A stretch of DNA of 64,000 nucleotides. Origin: Clostridia bacterium. Lineage in GTDB: Bacteria > Bacillota > Clostridia > UBA1212 > DUPL01. The notes below the pieces were generated by a model. The model searched no databases. It worked only from the letters and a program-made list of their open reading frames with translations, and had not been told where the DNA came from. The DNA is taken from contig JBMNIW010000012.1 of NCBI GenBank assembly GCA_050951325.1, forward strand, positions 224,001 through 288,000. The letters are read 5' to 3'. The translations under genes were made by a program, and so were the position numbers. Shown one piece after another: positions 17,846 through 28,328 of this stretch; positions within the stretch are counted from its first letter, which is position 1; each line of letters starts with the position of its first letter.

Positions 17846-19573
17846 TTATGCACTTTGGGATTTTGATAATCTTCTATACAGACCATCCTGCTGCATGAGT
17901 TCTTCATGGGTTCCTCTCTGAACAATTCTACCTTCTTCAAGAACAAGTATCAAATCCGCATTCTGAATTGTGGACAGTCTGTGCGCAATTGCAATTATTG
18001 TTCTCTTTCCTGCCAGTGAGGCAATTGCCTTCTGAATTTCTCTTTCCGTTTCCACATCTACAGAGGCGGTTGCTTCGTCAAGAATAATGATGGGTGAGTT
18101 TCTAAGAATTGCTCTTGCAATGGCCACTCTCTGCTTCTGACCTCCGCTCAGTCTAAGACCCCTTTCCCCAACCTGTGTCTGGTATCCATCTGGCATCTCC
18201 ATAATGCTGTTATGTATCCTTGCCGCTTTCGCCGCATTTATAATCTCATCCATGGTGGCATCAGGTTTCGCATAAGCAATATTCTCCGCCACAGTTCCAT
18301 TGAACAGGAAAGTATCCTGCAATACCGGTGCTATATTATACCTCAGACTGTTTAGAGTTACATCCTTTACATCAACGCCGTCAATCAGTACTCGACCTTC
18401 AGTTGGATCGTAGAATCTTGAAATGAGCTGCGTCAATGTTGTCTTTCCAACTCCTGTAGGACCCACCAAGGCAATCATCTGTCCAGGCTTGGCGTCAAAG
18501 AATATGTCTCTCAAAACCATTCCGCCTGTCTGGTACTTGAAGGATACATCCTCAAAAGTAATTCTGCCTTTTACATCCTTAAGCACAACTGCATTTTTGG
18601 CTTCCTTGATTTCTGAAGGGGTATCCAGAACAGCCATTACTCTTTCAGCACCTGCATACGCCTGCTGCATTTCCTCTAGCACTCTGGCAAGTGATGATAT
18701 GGGTGCGTAGAACAGAGACAAATAGAGCAGAAACGCAATTATGTCCGAAACGGACAATCCCCATGCATGAGCGAACATTCCGCCTATACCTACAACAATT
18801 ATGGTTCCTGTTGATGACAGGAACTCAACTGATGGATGGAATATTCCGCTTAAGTTAAGAGCGTGAAGGTTTGCTTTAGTGTATTCCTTTGCTTTCTGTC
18901 TTACCTGGCTGGACTCATATTCCTGTTGGCAGAATGCTTGTATTTCGTGTATTCCTGAAAAGTTGTCCTGCAACTTCGCATTAATTTCAGCCTGGTATTT
19001 CTGTGCTGCCCTAAAATTCGGTCTTACCTTCTTTGCATACAACCAACCTGCAATCAGTATAAAAGGAATTGGAATAAAGGTTAAGAGCGCAAGTCTGTAA
19101 TTTATCGCAAGCAGCATTACCATTACGCCAATTACGGTCACTGCATTTGTTAGCATTTCAGGTATGATATGAGCGTATAATAGCTCAAAGGTCACAGTAT
19201 CATTAATAACCCGGCTCATCAGGTCTCCTGTCTGCTTATCGTGGAAAAAACTCATGGACAGCCCCTGTATATGGTCATATATTCTAACCCTTATATCCTC
19301 CACCAGCTGCCAGGCAGCCTTGTGCGCCAAAAAGTTTGCCAGGTATCTGAACAAGACTCTGAGCAGATACAAAGCAATCAGTATAAATGTTAGTTTTAGA
19401 ATCACATCAAAATAGTCCTTGCTTTCCCCGCTTTCAACTATGCCTGTCATCCTTGTAAGTATCTTTGGAGCGGCAAGGTTGATGATGGTCAGCGAAAAGG
19501 TAGAAAAAATGGCAATAAAATAAAGGCCTTTGTATCGTATAGCTTCTTTTCCTAGTCTCCAGAGAAGTTTCAT
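17846..19573 (-). CDS. ABC exporter, fused TMD-NBD
   Basis: TGDLMSR, GPTGVGKT, LSGGQKQR and ILDEATA motifs. Confidence 0.93.
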   Translation of the reverse strand: MKLLWRLGKEAIRYKGLYFIAIFSTFSLTIINLAAPKILTRMTGIVESGESKDYFDVILKLTFILIALYLLRVLFRYLANFLAHKAAWQLVEDIRVRIYDHIQGLSMSFFHDKQTGDLMSRVINDTVTFELLYAHIIPEMLTNAVTVIGVMVMLLAINYRLALLTFIPIPFILIAGWLYAKKVRPNFRAAQKYQAEINAKLQDNFSGIHEIQAFCQQEYESSQVRQKAKEYTKANLHALNLSGIFHPSVEFLSSTGTIIVVGIGGMFAHAWGLSVSDIIAFLLYLSLFYAPISSLARVLEEMQQAYAGAERVMAVLDTPSEIKEAKNAVVLKDVKGRITFEDVSFKYQTGGMVLRDIFFDAKPGQMIALVGPTGVGKTTLTQLISRFYDPTEGRVLIDGVDVKDVTLNSLRYNIAPVLQDTFLFNGTVAENIAYAKPDATMDEIINAAKAARIHNSIMEMPDGYQTQVGERGLRLSGGQKQRVAIARAILRNSPIIILDEATASVDVETEREIQKAIASLAGKRTIIAIAHRLSTIQNADLILVLEEGRIVQRGTHEELMQQDGLYRRLSKSQSA

Positions 19574-19671
19574 CCTTAGCCTCCTAAAATTCTGTGTTCA
19601 GTATATTTTATCAAAGTATTATGAAAAAATCATCACAGAATAAGAAACCCGGCCTCTGGCCGGGCTTTTAA

Positions 19672-20880
19672 CTACACCTTTTTATACCAGTCCGCATATT
19701 TTGATGAGCAGGGCAGAGTTGCTTTTCCGTTTTCATCAGGAAAAGGCGACAGATCGTCATTTCTGCACTTATCCCTCTCTGCCTTGTTCCTAAAATCCGG
19801 TATTTTATACTCCGCTCCTCTTTCAAGCGAGCTTCTCCATGCCAGAATTCCCACTGCAGACATGGAAACAGCCTTGTACACATCAAAGTATGGTTTGGTG
19901 CCTTCCTTGATATTATTCAGAAAATGATAGATCACCCAGAAGTCTCCTCCACCGTGACCTGCCTTTTCAGCAAGCTCCTTGTGGGAAGGCCATTCAGGCT
20001 GATATGTCCTTTCTGTCTCCTCTCCCTCTGGTGTGTTCCAGGGGTTGTACGCAAGCCTTACAAGATTTTGATTGCCCCTTATGGATTCTGCACCACCCTT
20101 TTCACAGGCAAGTCGATACCAGTTGCCATGCGGGCCAAAGCTAGCACTGCCGGTCACCCTGAACAAAGCACCATTATCCATTTCAACCAGCATAATGGAA
20201 ACCATGTCACTTACCTTTCTTATACCTGTCTTTACAAGCATTTCATCAAAAAGCTCCGAGTGAACACTTTTTGCATTGACATAAACAGGCATGGTATCCG
20301 TTATCATCATCAAAGGAGCAAGGGAATGGGTAAGATAATATGTGCGCGGCAGCCATGCCCTCCAATGCAGTGAATTTGGGGTCAGGTATTTTGCCTCATT
20401 TATGTTCATGGGATGAACATATTCGCCTTCAGCATAAATGACTTTGCCCAGCGTGCCGCCTTTGTAGATTCTTTCAAGCTCCTGGTTGCACAGCATGTAT
20501 GGATAGTTTTCTGCAAGAGCATAAATTGCACTTGAACGCTCCTGTGCTTCAACAAGCTCCACGCACTCCTTCAAAGTGCCTGCTGCAGTAGTTTCACTAA
20601 GTACATGGATTCCCTTGTCCAATGCCCTTACTGCATAGGGTGCATGTTCATGGAAGTAGTTGCACAAGATAACAGCATCCATTTCAAATTCAAAAAAATC
20701 ATCCACATCAGTGAAAAACCGGGTGTCTTCCTCACACCACTGCTTTACATGTTCCAGCATCTGTTCGTTCTTGTCGCATACTGCACAGCAATATGCCTCT
20801 TCCTTGAAATGCTTGAGAAGACTTATGAAAGACTGTCCTCTCCAGGCACCGAAAACACCTATCTTTATCCTCCTGTTCAT
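19672..20880 (-). CDS. Gfo/Idh/MocA oxidoreductase
   Basis: IGVFGAWRG, HVLSE, AENY, YAEGEYVH and GHGGGD motifs. Confidence 0.88.
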   Translation of the reverse strand: MNRRIKIGVFGAWRGQSFISLLKHFKEEAYCCAVCDKNEQMLEHVKQWCEEDTRFFTDVDDFFEFEMDAVILCNYFHEHAPYAVRALDKGIHVLSETTAAGTLKECVELVEAQERSSAIYALAENYPYMLCNQELERIYKGGTLGKVIYAEGEYVHPMNINEAKYLTPNSLHWRAWLPRTYYLTHSLAPLMMITDTMPVYVNAKSVHSELFDEMLVKTGIRKVSDMVSIMLVEMDNGALFRVTGSASFGPHGNWYRLACEKGGAESIRGNQNLVRLAYNPWNTPEGEETERTYQPEWPSHKELAEKAGHGGGDFWVIYHFLNNIKEGTKPYFDVYKAVSMSAVGILAWRSSLERGAEYKIPDFRNKAERDKCRNDDLSPFPDENGKATLPCSSKYADWYKKV

Positions 20881-20941
20881 TTGTATCCTCCTCGCATTTT
20901 TTTACATTATACATCACAAGACCCAAAATTCAAGTCGGTAA

Positions 20942-22096
20942 CTAATATCCTTCCTCCACAAGTCTTGGACATTCTTCAAGATTTCTATAAGCTTTTATGT
21001 ACTGCTTCATCCACAGATAATACTGATCCCCATGTCCGCCTTCCATTGGCTCAATATCACGGCTGTATTCCTGATTGTAGTTGTCAACGAATCTGGAGTT
21101 TCCAAATTCATCAAGAAACCTCTGTGCCGTCCACTCGTTCCACCATGTAATCGTGATGACCTTTGGCCTAAACTTGAATGCACGCTTCCATTGCTCATAG
21201 AAGAATATGCCATGATTTCTACCATGAGCCGTAGGCTCTGTCATATATGTCTCCTGGGTTGCCACACAAACGCACATTTGCTCAACATAGCCATCCTCGT
21301 CTTTCGATGGAACATTGGTTATATTCAAAAAACTCCATTCAGACACGCCAGGCATCGGGTTAAGTCCACCCATCTTCCTAATTGTAAATTCTGCAGGCAG
21401 GTCACCAGGTATTCCTGTAACTAGATGCAAAGGTTTTCCTTCCCAGTAAACCCAGCAATCCTTGTACGTTTCATCCTTGTAAAACTCCTCATAGGTGTAA
21501 TCCACCACACCCCATCCAATGTGTTCGTTTGCACCGCTCCAGAATACCATACAAGGGACTTTCTTTCCCTCTTTTCTCATCTCCTGCATTACTTCCAGGA
21601 TTGCCTTGCACGGTATGGAGACAAACAGTTCCCAGTCACCGCTCTCAACCCAACCGGGGTTTGCGTTCGTATTGTCGATGATTATAAAATCCACACCAGC
21701 TTCACCAAGCCAGACCATGTGCTGCCTGATGACATCCTTGTCATGACTTCTGTAGTAACCAAGAGCGGGCTTTCCCCAGTAGTGAAACTGGGTTACACCG
21801 CCCCACTCCTGCCTTCCTGCAAGTATTTCAGATATGTTGGGCGGATTCGGCTCATCATCACCCTGCCCTAGAATCTTCGTAAACCACGTCGAATAGCAGA
21901 TGGATATTACATCCACCTTTTTCGTTATGTCCAGTCCATACGGGACTTCCTTGTATCCTTTATACTTCTTCTTTAGGTGCTTTAACATTGCTTTTCTCAT
22001 TGCCTCATGACTGTCACTATCCTGTTGACATCCAAGAATGAACAAAACCATTACAACAACAAGTATAAGAGTTATTACTCTTAAGCCTCTTTTCAA
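20942..22096 (-). CDS. Lipoprotein glycoside hydrolase, GH99/GH71-like
   Basis: Lipobox FILGC; YWGKPALGYY, AGVDFIIID, WWNEW and SRDIEP motifs. TTG start follows GGAGTG. Confidence 0.65.
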   Translation of the reverse strand: MKRGLRVITLILVVVMVLFILGCQQDSDSHEAMRKAMLKHLKKKYKGYKEVPYGLDITKKVDVISICYSTWFTKILGQGDDEPNPPNISEILAGRQEWGGVTQFHYWGKPALGYYRSHDKDVIRQHMVWLGEAGVDFIIIDNTNANPGWVESGDWELFVSIPCKAILEVMQEMRKEGKKVPCMVFWSGANEHIGWGVVDYTYEEFYKDETYKDCWVYWEGKPLHLVTGIPGDLPAEFTIRKMGGLNPMPGVSEWSFLNITNVPSKDEDGYVEQMCVCVATQETYMTEPTAHGRNHGIFFYEQWKRAFKFRPKVITITWWNEWTAQRFLDEFGNSRFVDNYNQEYSRDIEPMEGGHGDQYYLWMKQYIKAYRNLEECPRLVEEGY

Positions 22097-22186
22097 GTTA
22101 ATCACTCCTATCGAAATCAATAACCCCTATGTCATATTATCATATTTAAACTCTTTAAAATCAAGATAATATTTTTTAAACAGGTA

Positions 22187-22217
22187 TTGACATTAACGTA
22201 GCGTAAAGGTGTAAACT
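22187..22217 (+). promoter_or_regulatory. MerR-type promoter/operator with 19-bp spacer
   Basis: TTGACA-ttaacgtagcgtaaaggtg(19 bp)-TAAACT. The long spacer with an internal dyad is typical of Mta/TipA autoregulation. Confidence 0.8.
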
Positions 22218-22248
22218 ATATTTGCACGGTACAAAGTGGGGTGATTTT

Positions 22249-23007
22249 ATGGAATATACCGTACAAAAACTTGGCCAGATGGCGGGAATCAGCTCAAGAA
22301 CCATAAGATACTATGATGAAATCGGGCTTTTGAAGCCAAAGAGAATAAATTCATCAGGTTACAGAATTTACGGAGAAAGGGAAGTTGACCAGCTGCAGCA
22401 AATCCTTTTCTACAGGGAATTGGGCTTTAGCCTTGAAAGCATAATGGAGATTTTGGAGTCGCCTGGTTTTGATGATTTGAAAGCTTTAAAAGAACACAGG
22501 GAAAGGCTTGTTGAAAAAAGAAACCAAATTGACCTGCTTATCAATAATGTGGAGAAAACAATTTACTCAAAAGAAAGGGGAGTTAAAATGAAAGACAAAG
22601 AGAAGTTTGATGGTTTCAAGAAAGACCTGGTAAACGAAAACGAAAGAAAGTATGGTAAGGAAGCAAGAGAAAAGTACGGAAATGAAACTGTGGACAAATC
22701 CAATCAGATGTTTCTGAATATGTCCCAGGAAGAGTACGAGAGGTTCCAAAAGCTTACTGAAGAGGTTCAAAACCTCTTTGAACAGGCGTATAAAGAAGGT
22801 GGTCCCGATTCGCCAATTGCCCAAAAAGCCTGCGAAAAACACAAGGAATGGCTTCTGTTCTCATGGCCAAGTTACTCAAAAGAAGCGCACAGAGGTGTTG
22901 CCCAGATGTATGTGGATGACGAAAGGTTTGCTGCGTACTATGAGAAGAATATAAAAGGGTTAGCAACCTTCATGAGGGACGCCATATTCATCTACACCAG
23001 CAAATAA
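22249..23007 (+). CDS. MerR-family regulator with TipAS domain (Mta/TipA-like)
   Basis: RTIRYYDEIGLL, GYRIY and C-terminal MYVDDERFAAYY. Confidence 0.92.
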   Translation: MEYTVQKLGQMAGISSRTIRYYDEIGLLKPKRINSSGYRIYGEREVDQLQQILFYRELGFSLESIMEILESPGFDDLKALKEHRERLVEKRNQIDLLINNVEKTIYSKERGVKMKDKEKFDGFKKDLVNENERKYGKEAREKYGNETVDKSNQMFLNMSQEEYERFQKLTEEVQNLFEQAYKEGGPDSPIAQKACEKHKEWLLFSWPSYSKEAHRGVAQMYVDDERFAAYYEKNIKGLATFMRDAIFIYTSK

Positions 23008-23013
23008 AACACA

Positions 23014-23038
23014 AATAGCGGACTTTACGTCCGCTATT
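23014..23038. terminator. Bidirectional terminator
   Basis: AATAGCGGAC-tttac-GTCCGCTATT between convergent genes. Confidence 0.75.
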
Positions 23039-23053
23039 CTGCTTCATCATTTA

Positions 23054-23677
23054 TTATCCACGTACTGGACTTCCACAATACTCGCACTCACTAACCACGC
23101 CTGCTGCAACAGCATTGTTCGCACCACAGCCAGAACAACGCACTGTTACTACGTTCCTTGCATTAACAGGACGTGCTCCTTGCCCCTGTGGTCTTTGATC
23201 TTTTGCTACAACTATACGTCTTATATGATTTATATAATAGCCATTAAGATACCCTTCGCTTATCATTTCCTGTAATTCTCTTATTACAACAACATAAGGG
23301 AGTCTTACAGTATTAGCAATAGCATCCACGTTGTAAACACTTTTGTTTTGTATAAGATCTATGTATTTAGTATATCTTGTAAATGCTTTCTTAACTTTGC
23401 GAACCTGATGCAATATTACAAAACCACCAACGAGAGTTGCAACAGCATATGGAAGTAAACCTATCTCATATTCACCCAACGGATTAGCAAAAAAGGCTAA
23501 AAAAGCAAGTAAGCCTATTATGATTAAAAACCATGCAAAAGCTGAATATACACCTGTTTTACCAGTCATCATTAATGATTTGTCATTCAGTTTCTTAATT
23601 AGCAAAACCAATCCCACAGGCCAAAAGCAAGCAAACCAGAATATAATCCAACCCCAACTTGTTCCTTTTTTGCTCAT
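23054..23677 (-). CDS. Membrane protein with PCI/winged-helix-like domain and C-terminal zinc ribbon
   Basis: 3 TM segments, VDAIANTVRLPYVVVIRELQEMISEGYL (wHTH-like), CSGCG...CEYCG. Confidence 0.65.
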   Translation of the reverse strand: MSKKGTSWGWIIFWFACFWPVGLVLLIKKLNDKSLMMTGKTGVYSAFAWFLIIIGLLAFLAFFANPLGEYEIGLLPYAVATLVGGFVILHQVRKVKKAFTRYTKYIDLIQNKSVYNVDAIANTVRLPYVVVIRELQEMISEGYLNGYYINHIRRIVVAKDQRPQGQGARPVNARNVVTVRCSGCGANNAVAAGVVSECEYCGSPVRG

Positions 23678-23679
23678 GT

Positions 23680-24138
23680 TCAGAATCCTCCCCTTTTAGG
23701 CCTGTCATATTCTCCACTATCCAACTTCTTCTGTGTTTCCACATTTTTGTTTCGAATATGTTCTGAAGCAAGAAATATTATTATTGCTGTAATGATAAAC
23801 AGCGAATGTATAATAACCTGAAGCAAAATAAAACCATTTAGATTTTTTTCAAAGGCCTTGCTGGCAATCAAACCGACAATAATAGCTGTTAAATATAACG
23901 TGGTTGCGGAAGAAAGACCAAATGAGTAAAAAACAGCATTCCTACGCTTCTTTGGTAATAGAATAGTAATCGCCGCCAGCATTGAAACTGCAAGCGAAAA
24001 CAACAATGACCCAAACCCCCAGTAACTAAGTGCAACCTTCTCAATATCTAATAGGAAAAAACCAGCAACTACAACCAAAACAACAATAGCAAAAATACAA
24101 ACAGTTAATAAAATACCCCTATTCATTATCATCACCAT
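23680..24138 (-). CDS. Four-TM hypothetical membrane protein
   Basis: Four hydrophobic helices; overlaps the end of the SPFH gene. Confidence 0.7.
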   Translation of the reverse strand: MVMIMNRGILLTVCIFAIVVLVVVAGFFLLDIEKVALSYWGFGSLLFSLAVSMLAAITILLPKKRRNAVFYSFGLSSATTLYLTAIIVGLIASKAFEKNLNGFILLQVIIHSLFIITAIIIFLASEHIRNKNVETQKKLDSGEYDRPKRGGF

Positions 24139-25342
24139 TCACTTTCCTACCACAATCAGGACAATACCTTAAGTTGTCATTTAGCTCAAAACCACAGGAA
24201 GAACATTTTTTTATCAGTACGTTACCACAATTGGTACAGAACCTTTGCTTGTCTTCAACCTTTTCGCCACATTTACTACAAAGCTTTATCAGCGTGTTTC
24301 CGCAATTACCACAGAACTTAATTCCCACGTTATTACTGGTTCCACATTTTGAACATTTAATCGTGTTCTTAGACGCACTTGTATCTTTGCCACAAGACGG
24401 GCAGAATCTATACTCAGTGTTGATTCGCTCGCGGCAATGAGGGCATTCCTTTGTTTCTTTTGTATTTATATTCTTGCCAATATCACCAAAGGCTCCACCA
24501 ACGTTGTTGCCAAGGCCAACGCCCATTCCCAGACCCAATCCCGCTCCCATCACGCTTGCCGATGTCGAGCCAGGATTAGTTGCAGCACCTTCCAATGTAT
24601 CGAAAGATCTCTCCTGTGTGTAGGAGTAACCGATTATATCCATTTCAGCTTTCTTGGCCAATGCATCCTTCAGTTTTATAACTGCTGAATCGTCCTCAGG
24701 AACACTAATGTCATTCACATAAAAGTTAACCAGTTCTATACCATAGTCATCAAACGTAGGTACTATGCTTCCCTTCAATGACTCGGATATTTCGCTAATA
24801 TATGCATTTATCTCCAGCGCCGATATTTTTTTCATTATAAGATATTCGGATATGCCGTCTTTAACTTCAGTCAGATAAGCGCCTCTGAAGTATCTTATCA
24901 TGTCTTTGGCAGTAAAGGTATGTAACGTTCCCACAAGTTTTTTAAGAAATTTCTTGGCGTCCGTTATTCTTATTCCAAATTGCCCATGTGCCCTGACAGG
25001 TATAAAAACATTGTATTTGGGATCTTGCAACTGAATAGGTGTAGGTGTTCCCCATTTAACATCAAGAGTGTTTACTTTGTTCACAAACCATACTTCGGCA
25101 GTGAATGGAGACTTGCCTTTAAAGGGTAGATTTACAAGTTTACTCAATAGTGGAATGTTCGCCGTTTCCAAGGTGTGCCTTCCAGGGCCGAACCAATCCA
25201 ATGCCTGTCCACCTTTGAACAAAATGGCTTCCTGCGATTCATTTACGATCAACTGAGTCCATGTGCCCAGCTCCGTATCCGGATATTTCCACGCATAAAT
25301 ATCCGGCGAACCATCATACTTAACAACTTTTGCTACTGCCAT
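24119..25342 (-). CDS. SPFH/Band-7 (YdjI-like) protein with four tandem zinc ribbons
   Basis: QLIVNESQEA, GPGRHTLETANIP, KWGTPTPI and GMGVGLG motifs; 8 CxxC motifs at the C-terminus. Confidence 0.88.
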   Translation of the reverse strand: MAVAKVVKYDGSPDIYAWKYPDTELGTWTQLIVNESQEAILFKGGQALDWFGPGRHTLETANIPLLSKLVNLPFKGKSPFTAEVWFVNKVNTLDVKWGTPTPIQLQDPKYNVFIPVRAHGQFGIRITDAKKFLKKLVGTLHTFTAKDMIRYFRGAYLTEVKDGISEYLIMKKISALEINAYISEISESLKGSIVPTFDDYGIELVNFYVNDISVPEDDSAVIKLKDALAKKAEMDIIGYSYTQERSFDTLEGAATNPGSTSASVMGAGLGLGMGVGLGNNVGGAFGDIGKNINTKETKECPHCRERINTEYRFCPSCGKDTSASKNTIKCSKCGTSNNVGIKFCGNCGNTLIKLCSKCGEKVEDKQRFCTNCGNVLIKKCSSCGFELNDNLRYCPDCGRKVNGDDNE

Positions 25343-25461
25343 TATTGCGTCACCTCTGCATCATATATTCTCTCATCTCTGTTGTCAGGATGATGACTGT
25401 TTACTTTACCCATACTAGCATAATATTAACAGGAACGCAATATATTGTTCATGGGATATCC

Positions 25462-27660
25462 TCAGTTTGTGCCAAATACTTTTAGCTCAAATATCGATAT
25501 CCCGTATGGAGTTGCAAAATCCAGGGAAGTTATTCTCGCATAGCGACCCCTTCCATTTACAGTTATATAATCAAGACCAGCTTTCGTATCCTTTCTCTCT
25601 GTAATTTTTGTCCACACCTCTCCATCATCCGACAATTCAATGATATAAGTATTGGGACATGCCGTCTCCCAGTAAACACAAACAGCATCTATATTGTAAC
25701 TATCCTCAAGGTCAACAATAACCCACTCCATTCCATTTGATCTGGCGGTGTCAACGCTTGCCCATCTTGTACTGCGTAAACCATCTACAATATGTGAAGC
25801 AGGCCAGATTTCTTCATCATATGCCGATGAGACTGTCACCTTTTTATTAAACGCCAGGTTGTCAGGCAGGAGTTCTCCGAAAACATTAATATCTGAGTGT
25901 TCTGTAATGTTATCTGCAAATATTCTCACAAACCTTGCAGGTTCGTTTTGCTCGGACCAATTTGTTGCATTTAATGAAAATTCCACCCTTCGAATTTTGG
26001 CTCCCGCTTCAACTCTGTCTATTTTATAAATCTGCCCCAGGTCTATTTCAACATACCCCTTATTATAATTCCTGCTTATATACTCAATCTTCTTGTAAAT
26101 ATCAATTTGAGTCTTTACTCCTGTATATCCTGGAGCATGGCCCACCATATTCATAATCTTTTTGAATTGTCCGTAGTATTCGACAATTCTTTCGGAACCC
26201 CAGTTCTTCTGAGCAAGAGCTCTGTAAATTGCATAAAGAGATGTGTAAAGTTCCTCTTCCGTTTCACTATCCGGCTTATCGCACCAAAGCTGTATCTTGG
26301 CACCCACATTCTTAGGTTCGTCCTTGAGCATTTCATAGTTGACAAATATATATGGGTCAAAGTTTTCATAAATATCGTCGGGTTTGGCACTTGCCCAGTC
26401 GACGCCTAGTACATAGTACAGTTTGCTTGTATTTGAGTTGCCTACTGTATAACCCATTTTGATAAGATTTGATGCAGAATAAGTTTTGGAATTGGTAAGC
26501 CATACATCCAGAACTATGTCTGTATCAACCTTTATAGTGCCGTACGGTCCCAGACCGTCATTCCAGATGCGCGTTGTTTTTCCATGCTTCTTTACTATCC
26601 CGTTTGCAAAGTTTATAAATCCGTAGTAAGCGTCTATTGCCTTTGCCTTGCTGCCGTATTTCTCTTTTGCGTAAGCTTCAAGTTTCGGATAGTTTGAATA
26701 CTCATCAATAGGTATGTACTCATCAGCCCCTATGTGAAAGTATTCTCCTTCAAACATGGGAACAAACTCATTCAGAAGATTTTCCACAAATTCATACACT
26801 TCAGGGTTGGTCAAATCTATTCTTGTATGATTGTAATTCCCGTTTTTATCTTCAAGCTGCCACTCAGGATAAACTTTTGTAACAGATGCCATGTGTCCGG
26901 GCATCTCAATCTCAGGTATCACAGTTATATTGTATCTTTTGGCAAACTCTATTATCTCCTTTATTTCTTTCTTGGTATAATGTTTGTCCGATACAATCTC
27001 AGGATAACTCTCGCACTCAATCCTGAAAGCTTCATTATCGGTAAGGTGAAGGTATAAATAATTGTATTTTAGATATGACAGCTCCCTTATATGGTTCATA
27101 ATATACTCCACAGAAAAGTACTTTCTTGCCACATCAATCATGGAGCTTCTTTCCCTGTATTCAGGATAATCTACAACTGTCATTTCCTTTAAAATATAGC
27201 CTTGGTTCAGCCACTGAAGCAAGGTGCGGGTTCCCCAGAACACTCCCTTTTCCGAGTTGCCGCATATCTTGATGTAATTCTTCCGAACTTCAATGACATA
27301 TCCTTCCTCTCCAATGTCGTCCCTGTCACAGTCAAGCGTCAGGAATATATTGCCTTTGCCCGGATGAGTTCCTGGTGCTGCCTGCATATAATATCCGCAC
27401 AGAAGCTCCAAATCTTCTGCAAATACCTTTGCCTTCTCCCTCAACTGCTTTTCATATTTCTTGTCAAAAACGACATCACAAAATGGAGTGAACTTATACT
27501 TCAATCCGGACTCGATATAGCCTATGTACTGAACACTAGGAATTGAATAGCATTTGCTTTCCATATCAACACGTTCATCCAATTTGAATACATATCTTAT
27601 TGGTACAAATATTGATAAAGATACAACAAAAAGCATCATGCTTGCAATTAATCTTTTCAT
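25462..27660 (-). CDS. Secreted GH20 beta-N-acetylhexosaminidase with C-terminal F5/8 (CBM32-like) domain
   Basis: MIDVARKYF, HLTDNE, PEIEMPGH and HIGADEY motifs; VDGLRSTRWAS...VDL. Start reassigned to MKRLIAS (27660). Confidence 0.9.
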   Translation of the reverse strand: MKRLIASMMLFVVSLSIFVPIRYVFKLDERVDMESKCYSIPSVQYIGYIESGLKYKFTPFCDVVFDKKYEKQLREKAKVFAEDLELLCGYYMQAAPGTHPGKGNIFLTLDCDRDDIGEEGYVIEVRKNYIKICGNSEKGVFWGTRTLLQWLNQGYILKEMTVVDYPEYRERSSMIDVARKYFSVEYIMNHIRELSYLKYNYLYLHLTDNEAFRIECESYPEIVSDKHYTKKEIKEIIEFAKRYNITVIPEIEMPGHMASVTKVYPEWQLEDKNGNYNHTRIDLTNPEVYEFVENLLNEFVPMFEGEYFHIGADEYIPIDEYSNYPKLEAYAKEKYGSKAKAIDAYYGFINFANGIVKKHGKTTRIWNDGLGPYGTIKVDTDIVLDVWLTNSKTYSASNLIKMGYTVGNSNTSKLYYVLGVDWASAKPDDIYENFDPYIFVNYEMLKDEPKNVGAKIQLWCDKPDSETEEELYTSLYAIYRALAQKNWGSERIVEYYGQFKKIMNMVGHAPGYTGVKTQIDIYKKIEYISRNYNKGYVEIDLGQIYKIDRVEAGAKIRRVEFSLNATNWSEQNEPARFVRIFADNITEHSDINVFGELLPDNLAFNKKVTVSSAYDEEIWPASHIVDGLRSTRWASVDTARSNGMEWVIVDLEDSYNIDAVCVYWETACPNTYIIELSDDGEVWTKITERKDTKAGLDYITVNGRGRYARITSLDFATPYGISIFELKVFGTN

Positions 27661-27786
27661 ATCAACAACCACCTGAGCGTATTTTATTGCATTAATTTTA
27701 TCACAAGACAAAATCATTGTATACTCAAGGCAAATATTGTATACTAGGAGCATAAGATACAGCAAAAGCGAACGGGAGTTGATGAC

Positions 27787-28269
27787 ATGGATATGCTGGA
27801 TTATGCAATCAATATGGAACTTGAGGGGAAGGAATACTATGAGAAGCAATCGGAGCTTAACAAAAACAACAGACTTAGTGTTGTGTTTAGATTCCTTGCA
27901 GAACAGGAGAGGCTTCATGCTGAAATTCTCATGAGAAGGAAAGAGAATAAAAAGGCGGTTCCTGAAGACAACGAGAAATTGGAAATTAATAGTCTGTTTT
28001 CTGATTTGGATGATTTCAAGGCTGAAGTGTCTGTTATCGGAAAGCAGCTTGACGTATACAGATTTGCTCTTGAGATTGAGGAAAAGAGCATAAAAGTGTA
28101 TGAAGAGATGTATGAAAAGGCTGACAACGATGAAGACAAAAAGCTTCTTGCTTTCTTAATTGACCAGGAGAAAGCACATTACGAGATGTTCAATCAGTTG
28201 GAAACCTTGGTAAGAAAGCCTGAGGAATGGATAGAATCTCCGGAATTTGGATTAAGGGAAGATTACTGA
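27787..28269 (+). CDS. Ferritin-like / rubrerythrin-family di-iron protein
   Basis: Two E...ExxH repeats (AINMELEG...EQERLH; ALEIEEKS...QEKAH). Confidence 0.85.
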   Translation: MDMLDYAINMELEGKEYYEKQSELNKNNRLSVVFRFLAEQERLHAEILMRRKENKKAVPEDNEKLEINSLFSDLDDFKAEVSVIGKQLDVYRFALEIEEKSIKVYEEMYEKADNDEDKKLLAFLIDQEKAHYEMFNQLETLVRKPEEWIESPEFGLREDY

Positions 28270-28287
28270 TTTTATACTGTTTAATAA

Positions 28288-28321
28288 CACCCCGCTGTCT
28301 GGTATAATAGATTGCGGGGTG
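28288..28321 (+). promoter_or_regulatory. Extended -10 promoter of jetABCD nested in an RBS-occluding inverted repeat
   Basis: CACCCCGC (28288-28295) / GCGGGGTG (28314-28321) flank TGgTATAAT (28300-28308). Confidence 0.6.
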
Positions 28322-28328
28322 ATTTTGT

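Noticed and set aside
27661-27918. 86-aa N-terminal extension of the GH20 ORF
   Set aside because: Overlaps the divergent ferritin-like gene and its promoter; the signal peptide begins at MKRLIAS (27660).
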